A stretch of 64,000 bases of DNA from Vitrella brassicaformis CCMP3155 (taxonomy: Eukaryota; Protista; Chromerida). The notes under the pieces are model-generated. The model was not told where the DNA came from. It saw only the letters and a program-made list of their open reading frames with translations, and searched no databases. Below, piece by piece: positions 26,101 through 39,432 of this stretch. Positions within the stretch are counted from its first letter, which is position 1. Every line of letters begins with the position of its first letter. A program made the translations under genes and the position numbers. The stretch spans positions 6,649 to 70,648 of the forward strand of contig CDMY01000468.1 of assembly GCA_001179505.1 (NCBI GenBank), given 5' to 3'.

Positions 26101-26355
26101 CATTGTGCAGTGACGATGATGGACCGAATATCCACTCAGAGCACCACGGACCCCTCACCGTCGCCGGCCGCAGCAGGAGCAGCAGTCACGCGAAGCATCA
26201 CAGACCAAAGCAGTAGGTGGGCAGGGCAGGCACTCTCTTGCAAGAAGAAAGCACCTGTAGGTAGGCCTGAGATTGTGTTTCGTCCATGCATCAGGCACCA
26301 CCAGCAGCAGCGTCGAGCGGCCCATGACACCCGCATCGCAGCCGCCACTGTCTAA
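23111..26355 (+). CDS. Rhodanese-like domain plus catalytically dead dual-specificity phosphatase (MKP/MK-STYX-like architecture), N-terminal MGCxxS acylation motif
   Basis: Start MGCTSSS. Rhodanese motif VIDARKALDYGKWHIQGAYN. Spliced DSP-fold region ALKDCLSILVKALGEKKGVLVYDSDGLSDCIAVTVAFL-LLHSSLSTADE-VFGYLNDIRPTMQLTDTHIKQI, with frames checked across three introns. Confidence 0.7.
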
Positions 26356-27069
26356 GGCCAACAAGGCGGTCGTCAGGCCATCATTCGCAAGACCACAGGA
26401 CATCAGCCAGCAGTACTGACTGAGATGTGAATATGTATAGATATATCGATGGGTGGCCTTCTCGTTCGAACGTCGATGCCTATTGATTGTTCTTTATCGT
26501 ACGCATTAAAGGCTGACTTCTCCGTGGCGTGGCCCATGGTGTCAGGTCTTTTTTGTGCCCGTTCGTTTCCTTACCGAGCTGCGTTCGTTGTGTCTGTGCT
26601 GGGGTTGTCCCAATTGGCTTTGTGTGTCGTGTGTGGTGGTAAGGTATTGTGTGTGGTGTCATTTTTATTCAACACACGGACATGGCGTGTGTATCTCGGC
26701 CAATACGTCAGCAGCACGTATTTTGCCTTCAGCAACTCAACGCAAGACGCTAACCCTGACATCCAATACCTGCATGTCTCTCATGTGAGTCCACGCAAGA
26801 AATACAACCACATACACGTTCCCCGATCAAATGTGTAGCGCCTTGAGATAGAAACAGCTTCGTGGCGTCTTCTGGCAGAGGACTGGTGACGAATTCACCG
26901 ATATCGACAAAACAGCATTCACTGAATGGGGAGAAGAAGAATAGCTGTTCGCGTGTCTCCAGTAACTGGTACTGTTTGCGTGTCTCTAATAGCATAAGCG
27001 TACGGTAAACTGGATGTCGATTTGTAGCAAAATTACAGTGTGTTGCAAAAGCTACGTACACACAAACTG

Positions 27070-27612
27070 TTACCGTGTGTCGTTGCACGCCCTCTTGGGA
27101 CATGTCATGTACAGCCTACCTCACAGCTTGCTCCCACGCCCTTCCACCGTGCGCACCTGCAGCTGTTCGCCACACAGCCTGCATGTGACCGGTGCCTTGG
27201 GGGTCTTGCTGCTGCACGCCAGCATGTCGTGCATCTTGAGGTTGATGGGGTCGTTGGGGTCGGGGATGGCCATGATATCCCGCTGCGACACAATCAATTC
27301 ACACCAAAAGCTCCACTGCACCGTGTCCGTTGCGTGTACAATGCTGACCTTCTCACACCACTCAGTGATGCCATCATTAAACTGGACATTGCAGAACTTT
27401 TTCGGCACGAGGCGCCCGTAAGACACGTCAGAACAGACAGTCCAAACTGACATTCCCCAATCGGCCCTATGTATATATAAGGCCTCATCTGAGCCTACAG
27501 TGGGATAGAGATGATGAGGAAAGTCGCTGACATCCGATAAAACCTCGTCAGGTCTGCAAAAAAGAGATATGGGGCTGATATCTTCACTGCCAACCCTCAA
27601 AGGGCTACACAA
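27070..27612 (-). pseudogene. Decayed gene with GRF-type zinc finger interrupted by an in-frame TGA
   Basis: VTCRLCGEQLQVRTVEGRGSKL*GRLYMTCPKRAC resembles the zf-GRF pattern CxxCG..RTV..G.N.GR.FY.CP...C. Stop at 27121-27123, further stop at ~27070. Confidence 0.45.
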
Positions 27613-28534
27613 TATTCCTACACCTGGTGCACATACCCTGCAGTCCCGCCATTGTTCACAACATACTTAGACGCAGACAAGGCTCATCCCGCTTTGAGCA
27701 TAAGGTCGAGATCCTGATCGCTGAGAAGAAGGGATGAATGAAAGGAACAGAGCCAGCAATGTTATGGTTCCTTCAAAACATCAAAACACGTTCATACCTG
27801 GACGTCGCCGTTGTCGTGTCGGCCGGCCTTAGGAGCCAGCTCGCACGTCAGAGGTAGCAAGCGCGAATAAGCCAGTCAGGCCAGGTGAGTGAGCTTACGG
27901 AAGCGCTGGATCGGCTTGAGGAGAAGCGAGATGATCGAAGCCATCGGCTCGGTCATGAAAAGGCCGCAGCTGATGATATAGAGACACACGCTTTGTCCCC
28001 AGTGGTGCAGAAGATCGTAGGGGACATGTTTCGATGGGTAGAAGCGGGAAAAGCCGACAATAATCTGAGGCAACCCCCTCATAGATCAGTCCCACCAGCA
28101 AAGCCACCGTCCCCGGACCCAAGATCACAAAAGACTTGGTCCTGGCGCATGAGAACTCAACCGAACATGTGACGCATTACCGTCACCTTGCGCCGCCGTG
28201 TTCGTGCAGCTTCTGCAAAATCTGAATCACCCCTTTCTCTCTGTTCTCGCCGTACATTGTGCCAGTCCTTTTGTCTGCACAGACAATGGTAGCGGAAAAT
28301 ACTGTCAAACGACGATTACTAATAATATTCCAGTTATGTTGAGTGTGCAACTTTCGAGTAGACTCCCTCTGCGCCTACAGCAAGTCTGGCAACTTCACAT
28401 GTTATCATCCTTCTGTGTACCCCCCAAAAAATGGACCCCTGCTGCTCGGTGTTTCGATTCTCGACGACGACGGATACGACAACGCTTAACGGGAGGATAC
28501 AAATACAGAGCGTGGGCGCCTATTACTCATAAAT

Positions 28535-30632
28535 ACCTTTGCACTATGTCCAGAGGGCTTTGGCTGCTTGGACGGGTCCGTCGCGCCCTTGCCGGCCAAG
28601 GAGATCCTAAAAGCAGAGCAGCCACACAAGGACATTGAGCCAAGAGTACAAGAGGACAAAAGACAGGCATGGATACGCTGCCGGAGGTTGCAAGCCACGG
28701 CCGTGTCGGTGGCGAAGGCATGAGAGAGTGGGGCACCTGAACGCCGGCACAGCGAACAGAATGGCACGGGTGCATGTCAGTTGACACAGGCATGTACTGT
28801 CAGTGTGAACGCATACCAGCTCGCAATTTGCCGGCTCCTCATTCGTCACCACAGACACGTGCACTGCACATGCACCAGAAATAAATGCATACAGGCAGAG
28901 AGTCAATAGGGAAGTGATATGCGCCTCCAGGCGGCCATGTGTGGCGTTCTTCTGACGAAAGAGTGCTTGCCTGTGCTCTCGCCGTCGAACTGTGAGATGA
29001 TGATGTAGGCGATGAAGGGATGGCCGAAGGACGTCAGCAACAGCTGCTTTCACTTGCGCTCAAGTCCTTGGAATCCCACCACGGCCGTCGTGCCCTTCAC
29101 TTTGATGTGGGGAGACGAGCACATCAGCCTGGCCAACACACCGGGACGCCGGCTGAACGAAAAGCACACAAGACAAAAGTGCCACTGACTGTTGCTAGAG
29201 AGACGACGTGAAAAAGAAGCGACTCGTCGTGGCTGGCTCTCCCTCACAGTTGGAAGGGTTCTTTCTTAGTTCCACCCCTTCGTCATCGCCGACCGACAGG
29301 ATGGTGCTGGTCAGGAGGGAGGTGAACGAAACCTCGTCGAACTTGTCCTCCGTCTCCCACTCCCCTTCTCCCTTGTGGCCTCCAATCTGTGCCGCACAGG
29401 GGGGTCCTCAGCACGCTGCGAGATGGGGCGGGTGGGNNNNNNNNNNNNNNNNNNNNNNNNNNNNNNNNNNNNNNNNNNNNNNNNNNNNNNNNNNNNNNNN
29501 NNNNNNNNNNNNNNNNNNNNNNNNNNNNNNNNNNNNNNNNNNNNNNNNNNNNNNNNNNNNNNNNNNNNNNNNNNNNNNNNNNNNNNNNNNNNNNNNNNNN
29601 NNNNNNNNNNNNNNNNNNNNNNNNNNNNNNNNNNNNNNNNNNNNNNNNNNNNNNNNNNNNNNNNNNNNNNNNNNNNNNNNNNNNNNNNNNNNNNNNNNNN
29701 NNNNNNNNNNNNNNNNNNNNNNNNNNNNNNNNNNNNAGGGGGGAGGGGGGAGTGGGAGGGGGGGAAGGGGAGCGACAGGTGGATGTCGAAGGCCGACTCA
29801 TCTCGAATGGCACGCACAGCGCCCGGCGGCCCGTCGAACAGCTCGAATGTCCCGGCACCGTCAGGGAAGGCGACATGGGGACCGACCACTCCTCACTGGG
29901 CCAGCGCACGGGGAAGAGGCGAAGAAGCCTGACAGACAGACAGACAGACCACCCCCACCCCAAGCAGATTGAAGCCCTCCACGTCCCGGCCAATATATGA
30001 TGTTCCCCTTTCCTCCCTCCCTCCCTCCCTCTCCTTCCTTTCTCGCACGTCCCTCACAGCACAGGCACGAACATATATACCTGCTTGGTGAAGTGCTTCT
30101 GCAGGTCCGCCCGGGTGAGTCTGATGGGCAGCTGACAGAGGCGGCGCTGAGCCGCCAACCGTGATAGGGGCCTCGCATGCTCGGGTGGTAGCCCTCGACT
30201 TGGCTGGTACTGCGCACGTTGACCTTCTTGGTAATGAAGACGCCTGTCCCTCGATAGTTGACGGCCTCTCTGTGGCGGACAGAGATAGAGAAGACACACA
30301 GCCACACGTGCAGGCACACGTCGGTATGCCTTTCGCTCGTCTACAGCATACCCGTCCATATACATGGGCCTGCGGGGGTCGTCGCTCAGGCAGTCGTTCC
30401 ACATGTGGGCAAGCAGTCGTTCGCAAGCCGGTCCTATAGTCCTCTGCTCAAGCCGTATTTTGAGGGGTTCCTCAATGCCTTGTCGCAAAATTTCGGCATC
30501 AGCCTTAAAGTGACCGTCGACCCTGGACAAACGACGAAGGACGGCGATTTCCACGACATCCCTCCCGCGCTTGGCCGCGGCACGACGGCTGGTTTTCGTG
30601 CCGAACGGATAATCCTGCTGAGGACCCAGCAT
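28535..30632 (-). pseudogene. Fragmentary hypothetical coding sequence spanning an assembly gap
   Basis: Protein-like segments (EILRQGIEEPLKIRLEQRTIGPACERLLAHMW, DKFDEVSFTSLLTSTILSV, LLLTSFGHPFIAYIIISQF) cannot be joined without stops or frame changes. Confidence 0.3.
29437..29736. other. Assembly gap (300 N) flanked by G-runs
   Basis: N run. Confidence 1.
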
Positions 30633-30820
30633 AGATCGTAGAAGTGAAAGTCACCAATAAATAAAGCCCGGGGAGCAGGTGCAACTTCCGCAATGCTAGC
30701 GTGAGCTGGATACATGCGCAAACAGGGCGTGTCATGGAAGTTGCTGCATTCATGCCGGTCTGTTCTAGCGCTCCTCCGCCCTTTTCCAGTGCGTGCCGAT
30801 CTTTTGTCTTGTTGAGTTGC

Positions 30821-31160
30821 TCACCTGCAAAGGGCTCTGGCTGCTTCGACGGGTCCGTCGCGTCCTTGGCCGGTCCAGTTTACCCACTTCAGATTCTTCC
30901 CGCGGCTCAAGCGGCTGTCGTCCCGCAGACCCCTCTTGGAGCAAGTCAAGTGGAATGATATAGTCATCTTCGAAAGCCCCGCCATCTCAATGTAGGCATA
31001 GCAGCTTTTTGCCCGCAACTGCTTGCCATACTTCAAGTACAGCAACCGACTGGCCATATTGACCATATTGACGCTGGGATTCGCCGATTTGCCGATGTAC
31101 AATACGTCATTGCTGCCGGTGCCGGGAAGCTTGTCGATGGGAAGCTGATCTCAAGGCACA
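30821..31160 (-). pseudogene. GIY-YIG-like nuclease remnant
   Basis: ..IDKLPGTGSNDVLYIGKSANPSVNMVNMASRL.. contains the YIGKSxN..RL half-motif. The upstream half (YPAVCLEISF) lies in a different frame. Confidence 0.4.
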
Positions 31161-31286
31161 CCGCGGGGTAAGCGAAATAAAGTCAACCTGAGAACACCGG
31201 CACACGCCACGTGCAGTGAGTCAGCGAGTCGCTGAACAGCTGACACATCTCCACAAGGCCGTCCCAGGTCAGCGAAGACGCTAAGC

Positions 31287-32290
31287 CTAATAGACACAGA
31301 ACAGACAAAGAGACATGCATCTCATGGCAGCATACTTGTAACATCGTCGACGTGCCTGAAGAAGGAGAGGAATTCCGGCGGCAACTGTAGGAAGCGACGT
31401 CAGCGTAAGTGCAGTGAGCGAGGGCGAGGTTCTTGCAGGTGGGTATGGGTGTATGTGTGGTACCTGCAATAACAGGTTGAGGGAGTACAGGTTAAGGTCG
31501 TACATCTCAGCGTCGAAGTCGCCAAATGAAACGGATAGCATGGGTAGGTCCTTTTTGGGGTTCTTTGTGTCGAGGTGTGCTGATGTGGTATGGCGGCAGT
31601 TCATCGTTTGAGTGTAGGACCGCCTGCAGGGACAAACCGACAAACCGAGACCGGTAAATGTGCAGCTGACAATACTGAGACCTGTGCGAACGGCTAGGGT
31701 CTCAGACGAGGCACAGTTCGACTGTTGATAAAAGGAGAGCGTCATTGGGGAGAGGGTGAGGGGGAGATATATGATTGAGTGAGTGTGCTGTTTTCCCTCA
31801 GCCTGTCGACGGCCCGTGCGTGGTATAGTGAGTATCCTCCGAGCAGCTTGGGCTCTCCGACATCACTGATATCAGCACTCTCCCGTGCAGGGTCGCGTGC
31901 AGCAGCAGGAGCAGCAGGACTGGGTTCAATTTTTGACTGGGTTGGCTTGTATCCGCCGCCACGCGAGCGGCCTCATAAATCTCCTAGATGCTGTCATCGC
32001 AGTCGAATCCGAGAGTGAAGGTTGTCCATCCGGTGGCTTTATCGTGCACAGCGGAAATCAGCCAGTAGTACCCACTCTCGGGAGGTCTCGTTCGCTCTCG
32101 GTTGTCTCCCAATCGACTTTTTTTCTGAAGACCAACAGCATGGGCTTGTTGATGTCAAGCACCGAGATCTGCGGATGGCACCGCCCCTCGTTTGGGTTGC
32201 CATCATCGGGGATGACGGCCGGACACCAGTCACAGATGTGGAAATCCGAGCGAACAGGACCCTGCACAAAATCACACACACATTATGCAC
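31287..32290 (-). pseudogene. Degenerate coding-like sequence of unknown family
   Basis: Short protein-like stretches (CDWCPAVIPDDGNPNEGRCHPQISVLDINKPMLLVF; LPMLSVSFGDFDAEMYDLNLYSLNLLLQ; LQLPPEFLSFFRHVDDV) are broken by stops and frame changes. Confidence 0.3.
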
Positions 32291-32914
32291 CGAAACCGTG
32301 GATACCCATTCACAGGCACAGGAGGGCAGGAAGCCACCATACGACCCGTGCAGATGGAGGGGAGGCAGTGCGGCGGACCTTTGTAGACGTGTAGAGAGAG
32401 ATCGATGAACAAACAGCTGTGTGGTACATCAACCAGAGAGCAACGGGTCTGGGCTACACTGCACTACTCTTGCTCATCGTCTGCGTGATGCTGCCACGGG
32501 TGCACGCGCTGTTGTTATTGAGTACCACTCCCGCCATCGCTGGTGGTTCTTCTCAGCGGATTTGATGCCTGTATAGCTCTTCTCTAGGCACCGAAATTGT
32601 GAGAGGATCGAGGGCCGTCTCAGCACTCGGATTCTCGACGCTTGGATTGCACATCCGACGTCTCCGCACTTGGAACCAATATCGCTCCAGGGGGCCACCT
32701 GCAAATTTCAATATATTGGTTCCTGGCCGTGCGGATTGAGCCAACGCTTATTAACTTTCATATTGAATGGACAGGCGTGAAGGACAGCTGACAAATGTGT
32801 CGTCCTGACCTATCCCTCTCTCGCACCACACACACGCGTCCACCATTCGTCTGTTGGCTATCCATACCCCCCTGGTCCATGCACACACACTGACGGATGC
32901 AGAAGCCCATTGCA

Positions 32915-35900
32915 TCAAATCACACCCACACACCCGGCAGCAGACGCGTGCTGCCTTGAGGGTGGGGTGGGTGAATGAGTCAGTACGTCAGCTGCTGCTG
33001 CTGCTGCTGCCGGTCTCCACCCAGCTTCACGGGCAACGCGATAGCTGACCCTGCACACACCACACACACACACGTCATACACAAGTGTGCACTTGACACA
33101 CACAGGTGCGTCCACCTACCGGTGCTGTTGGTGGTGACGTCACTCGTCTTGGCAAGATCGGCACTCGCCAACTCCTTGGCACGTTTCCTGCGCAGGAAGA
33201 CACACACACACAAATGTACCGTGCGGGTGCGCCTTCCTTATATTCTGTCACTCGTGTGCGGTGCAGGTGAGGTGCATCGTTTGCTCACTCACAGTTTGGT
33301 CTGCTTGTAGTACTTGTAGAGGGGGGTCTTCCATGCCTTCGGGCGCATCGAACAGACACACACATCACGTCCAGTCCATGTGTGTGTAGCCGTGCGTGGC
33401 GTAGGGGGATGGGCGAATGGGTGTGGCTCGGTTAGCTTACGTAATAGGGGACCTCTGGCTTGACCTCAGATGGCTGCAAACACACACCAACACGCCCCAC
33501 ACCAAAGAGGAAGATAGCGATTCGCATGTGTGTGCGTGTGAGAGAGACAGATGGGCGCGTACCAGCACTGGATGGACAGTGGACCGAAACCCCTTTCTGA
33601 AGGTCCGCTTCCTTTCCTCTGAACACACACGACACGACACACCCATACAAAGCCATTCCATCACGCGTCTGTGTCTGTGGAGGTGCCTGTGCTGTGTATG
33701 TCCTTCCTCGACCTTTGATCTTGGCAATGCGCTCTTTGTGCTCTTTGAATATCGGCCGAAACCACCTGCACACACACATGGCATGGCCAGGTCATGCGGC
33801 AAGGGGTGCGCATCGCAGGTGTGAATGGGATGGTTGTGGTGTGTACTTGCCTGTCTGGCCAGTGCACCCAATGGCTGCCGGGCGCCACGAGAAGGCTGTA
33901 CTTCTTGCCTGCAGACAGACAGGGCACACACACACACAAAGGCACCCACACAGGCCTCGCTGTGTTGTGGCAATGATGCATTGCGTCCACACGCAGCGCA
34001 GACACTCACCGGTAGCGTTGGCCATTGTGCGCCGCGACTGTATCATGTCCAATGCGCGACGAATAGCCCTGCCACCACACACACACACGGATGCATGGGA
34101 TGCGCAAGTGAGTGAGTGAGTGCCATTCACTCGACCGACCGTATACGAGTGAACCACTTGCTCTCATGCTTGGGAAACGTCACACGGCAATTGTCGAGAC
34201 CTGCAGGGACGACGTGGGCATCCATACATCGATCCATCCATCCATCCGACAACGGTATGCATCAGTGTGAGCGTACCGATCAAGTAGAGAATTGGCAGGA
34301 ACTTTCTGTTGGCCCGAATGCCCCTCCCTGCATGTGGATGCATTCATGGAGCACACAGAGGTGGTTGGTGTGCGTGAGGTGCGTGAGGTGGGTGAGGTGG
34401 GTGAGGTACCTATCGGCCGGCCAATGATCTTGAAGTGGCTGCCGTATTCCCTTCCTGCACGCACACACACACGACACACACACACACGCACAGAGAGAGA
34501 GAGAGAGGGAGAGGATCATTGACAGTGCTGACACCCTTCCTGACGGGCTGACCGTATACAGGTGTGTTGAGTGTGCGTGCTCTGTCCAGATCGACAAACT
34601 CCATATGCTGCAACGCCTTCAGCGCCGCGTCAGCACGCGCCTGCCGTCCAGGAAGTGCACCACACACACACACACGTGTAAGTGACTCGTCCGCGTGAAC
34701 ACAGACAGAGAGCGAGAAGCGGACCTCTTTTGGCGACTCACCAAACCCCACACCAAAGCCCACCAAACCGCGGCCATTGCCTATGGACACACCACACAGA
34801 TATGACTCCTGTGGACCCATAAGCTCGGGGGGNNNNNNNNNNNNNNNNNNNNNNNNNNNNNNNNNNNNNNNNNNNNNNNNNNNNNNNNNNNNNNNNNNNN
34901 NNNNNNNNNNNNNNNNNNNNNNNNNNNNNNNNNNNNNNNNNNNNNNNNNNNNNNNNNNNNNNNNNNNNNNNNNNNNNNNNNNNNNNNNNNNNNNNNNNNN
35001 NNNNNNNNNNNNNNNNNNNNNNNNNNNNNNNNNNNNNNNNNNNNNNNNNNNNNNNNNNNNNNNNNNNNNNNNNNNNNNNNNNNNNNNNNNNNNNNNNNNN
35101 NNNNNNNNNNNNNNNNNNNNNNNNNNNNNNNNGGGGGGGCGGCTCACTCACCCACACAGACAATCGACCTGTAGTAATAGAGACGCCCATCTGCCAGAAC
35201 ACACAGACGCATCCACTCCACCAAAGTGGGTGGGCTGCGCATTCATGCGCGGCGCGTGTCGGGACCTGAGCACATGCTGCCCATGCGTGCGATGTGCAGC
35301 TGTGTCTGCCGCAGCTCGTCTATCTTGAGCAGCGGGTCGATGCCCTCCTGCACGCGCCGCACCGAACCAGACACACAGGGAAAGGAAGGGCACACAGCTA
35401 TCCGTCCATCCATCCATCCAGTCACCCAACCCAGGTAGGTGTTTGGCTGGCTGACCTGTTCTCTAACGTATCGGTCTCGCTTGGCGTCATAGAGAGCATT
35501 GGCCGGCTTGCGCCTGCACATATACCCTCACACGCGAATGGGTGATGGATGCCCGGACGAGTGACTGCGCCTTCGTATCTCTCTCTCTCTCTCTCTGTCT
35601 GTCCGTCTACTGGGTGTGTGCACACATCTGCAGCGTCACCATACCATGTCCACTTGACGATCTCTCCGTCCTGTTCGACCCATTCCAGAGGGCCGGCCGT
35701 CTTGACGTGAGACATCTCGTGATCGACCTAAACACACACACACAAATGATGCACCCATACACACAAAGATGATGATGCACCCACCGGCCAATGGACTCGC
35801 TCACCAGGACTTCCATAGGGGTCTTGCCATGCCGCTTGCGAAACGCTTCATCAACCTAAGACGCACACACACACACACACACAGGCACATGCCTTATGCG

Positions 35901-38731
35901 AGTGTGTCTGTGCGCACGAACCGAATGGTCAGCAATGATGCTGCTGCTGCTGCTGCCTTTGCGGCCGAGGGAGCGGCCTACATCCACACACACAGACCAC
36001 AGACCGACTTGCGACTGGTGGCTCTTTGTGTGTGTGTGTGTGTGTGTGTGCATGTCAGCTGACATGCGCCCTGAATGTCGAATAGCTGGTCGATCATTTC
36101 GTCGGAGAGGTGTCTGTTTTCGGGGAGGGAGGACAGCTCGGCTGATACCTGCGTTCAAGCACACGCACACACACACACGGACTCTGTGTGTGTGTGTGTG
36201 TGTGTGTGTTGCGCACGTCGGTGGGCTCGAATCGGTGGAGCAGCTTGTAGGGATCCAACGCCTGACAGACAGACAGACAGACAGGTGATATCCTCTCTCT
36301 CTCTGCTGCTGTTGTGTAGCCCTACATCAAATTCCAGCAGGTTCGCCTTCCCACGAGCAGCTGCCTTCAGCAATAGCCTGGCCGTCTGCACACACACACA
36401 CACACACACATACACACACACATCCACACACGGATGCAGTCCGTCGACCCCACTGTATGCGAACCTCTCTATCTCGTGGGCTGGCGTCGATCTGCGGCAG
36501 GTCGCCCGATGGCAGATACTCGGCCAGCTGATGTGCACACACACACACACAAACACACACACACGGAGAGAGAGAGAGAGAGAGAGGGATAGAGACACAG
36601 AGAGAGCAGGTAATGGAAGGAAGCCGATTGGTGTGCTATGTCAGTCTCCGTGTGTGTCGTGGACCTCTGCTATGTCCATGGTGAGCCAGTTCCGCAGCCC
36701 AATTGTTTCAAGATCGCTGTGTGTGTCAGCACAGCACACACACCCTCATGCCCGTGTGTGTGCTGTGTGTGTGTGTGTGAGGGTGGGGTGGGGTGCGCGC
36801 ACTTGCAGAGAGACTGGAACTGGTCTGCCAAGTCGCTGACGTTCTCGTCGCCCATCTGCCACCACACACACACGTCCATCCATCCATCCATCCACCGATA
36901 TGCTGCAGGTCTACCTGCAGCAGCTTCGCGGTGCTCGTGAAGTATTCCCCTGCTTTGTCCAGCGGGAATGCATCTGACACCGATCACACACACACACACA
37001 CACAAAAAGAGATGGAGAGAGAGAGAAACAGAGACGACATGCGCAGCGCACGGACCTTTGAGGTTTCGCTCATCGATCATGTCGGCTGGGAGGGGGAAAT
37101 CTGCACACACACACACACACGGAGGCATCAGCGTGCGGTGCGGGTGCGCATCAGTGTGTGGCCGGGTGGGTGTTTAGCTGACCGTCGTACATGAAGTCCT
37201 CGCCAAAGTCATACCTGCACACACGGAGAGACCGCACACACAGGGATGCGTCTGCCCACACACGGACGGAAGGGTAAATGTGTGTGTACCATTCGACCCC
37301 GTCCCTCGGCTTGCTGTGCAGGTGGATCTGGCCACACACACACACACACGAGAGGGTACCCCTGTCTGTCTGTCTGTTCTGTGTCACAACACGCGGCTGG
37401 GCTGCATACCTACCTACCCTACCTCTTTGTGTGCCATCGACTGGTTCTTGACCACACGAGTGAGGTGCCCCCGCAGCCACTCGGCTATCTCCTGCGCCGC
37501 AGCACACACACAGACACACGTGCGTCAGTTAATTGCCTGAGAGAGTGTTTGTGAGACCAACCTACCTGTGTGTCTCTCTCTCGGATCTCCTTCGGCAGCA
37601 GCGGCGCCAGCCTGTGCCAGCACCTGCACACACACACACGCTCACACGGACAGATACAATGAACTGTCTTTCTCTGTGTGTGTGCGATGCATCTACCGCT
37701 CCATCCACTCGTCGACGTACGAGGGGTCCTTCCTCAGACGGAACGAGTGAAACTGGCCAGGCCAAGCGCAGACACACACGAGTCCCTCTGTCTCTCTCTC
37801 TGTTTGTTTGTCTGTCTGTCTGTCTGTGCGGCGAATCGCATGCATACGAGGGCGTCGATGGTCTTTCTGAACCGCAGTGGATCATCGCTCGTCGGCAAGT
37901 TGTCCACACCCAACACCTACACAGCCATCATACGACTGACTGCAGAGAGAGACAGAGGGAGAGTACCTGGCAGATGTGGTGCAGGTCTTCTGCCAAGGAC
38001 CGAGTTGCTGTCACACACAGACACACACATACACACAGACAGACAGACAGACAGACAAGGAAGGATGCACAGACAGACAGACAGACCCACGGAGGCGCGG
38101 CGCGCATCGCATCATACCTACCTGCTTCAAGAGCAATGGCGAATGCGTTGGGGTTGACCACAGGCAGGTTGAAGGACAGGGGGTCCACCTGAGGCTTACG
38201 CCACGCCATGTCTCTCTGTGTGTCGGTGTGCGTGTGTGGGTGGGTGGGTGGGTGTTCGTGTGCCCACCGCCTTGCTGTTGCCTGCCGCAGAAGGCACCAA
38301 TGCACCGTTGTGATCCCCCTCTGATTGTGCTGTCCCTGGTGCTGCTGCTGGTGCTTGGGCCATCAGCAGCTGCCACACACACACACTCGAGGGCGTGGCG
38401 TGGTGTGTTGGGGTGTGTGTGTGTGTGTGGGTGAATGGGTGGGTGGGGTACCGAGTTGAGCTTTGTTTCGAGGCCCAGCATTGAGTCCTCCTGTGTGTAG
38501 GGACCGCGGGCACCCCAGACAGATCAGAAACATGGGCGAGTGTGTGTGTGTAGGCACTTCACTCGGATTGCCTACGCGGTAGAATGGTTTGCTCTCGGGC
38601 CTCAGCAGCTTGTAGATGCGCAAGGCAGACAGCGACACGTCACGCGCCTCACTGTGGCTGCGCACACACACACACACACACAAACACACTTGAATCCATA
38701 CGTGTGGATGAGAAGTCGTCATTCTCTCTCC

Positions 38732-38762
<31 letters not shown>

Positions 38763-39432
38763 CTTACAGGTCTTTGCCATCCCCCATCTGCTGCTGCTGC
38801 TGCTGAATGTCGTTGCGGCCCTCATCACCAAACAGACCCGACAGACCCTCCTGCACACCCCACACCACAAGCCCACACAAGTGGACACACCTCTCTCTCT
38901 CTGTGAGAGTGTCGGTGTGGGAATCCGTGCCTGCGCCTCTTTGATTTGGCGCAGGAACCGCTCCTTGTCTCGCCGGATGGCTGCGTGGCACACACCACAC
39001 ACACATGGGATGGGGGGGATGCATATGTGATGTGTTGGCCACGTCAAGAAGTACCTCACCTGACGGCTTGCCCGCCTCGATGTGCTCATCCAGGTGTTTA
39101 TCGCGGATCTCACCTGCACACAGACACAAACACACTCTCACAGGCATTTGAGAGTCAGTTCGTTTGGGTGTATTCGGGCGACTTGTGTGTGTCGACAATC
39201 CCCCGCTCCACTCACTCACCCCAGACGGCTCTTCTCAGCTTGTTGGCCGTCGCCCCACCCAGCAAATGCCGTTGCTGCTGCCCAGTGCCCCTATGCCATC
39301 TGCACGCACCAGACGCCACAGTGAATGCACACGGCAGGCAGGCAGGCAGGCAGGCAGGTGTGTGTGCGTGCGTCCTTGTACGAGCTGGGCAGCAGGGCTC
39401 GAGACGGCCGCCTTCTCCCAGGCGATGAGCAA
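32915..39432 (-). CDS. Large, highly fragmented multi-exon hypothetical gene (possibly two genes), crossing the 34.8-35.1 kb gap
   Basis: Many short exons between microsatellite introns, e.g. AAIRRDKERFLRQIKEAQ, SLSALRIYKLLRPESKPFYRVGNP, QVDPLSFNLPVVNPNAFAIALEAG, YDFGEDFMYDG, EIERFAYSGVDG, WFRPIFKEHKERIAKIKG. No family recognised. Confidence 0.6.
34833..35131. other. Assembly gap (~300 N) flanked by G-runs
   Basis: N run. Confidence 1.

Noticed and set aside
27121-27123. In-frame TGA in the GRF finger as possible selenocysteine or readthrough
   Set aside because: It is not at a Cys position, another stop follows within ~17 codons and no SECIS was recognised; pseudogenisation is simpler.
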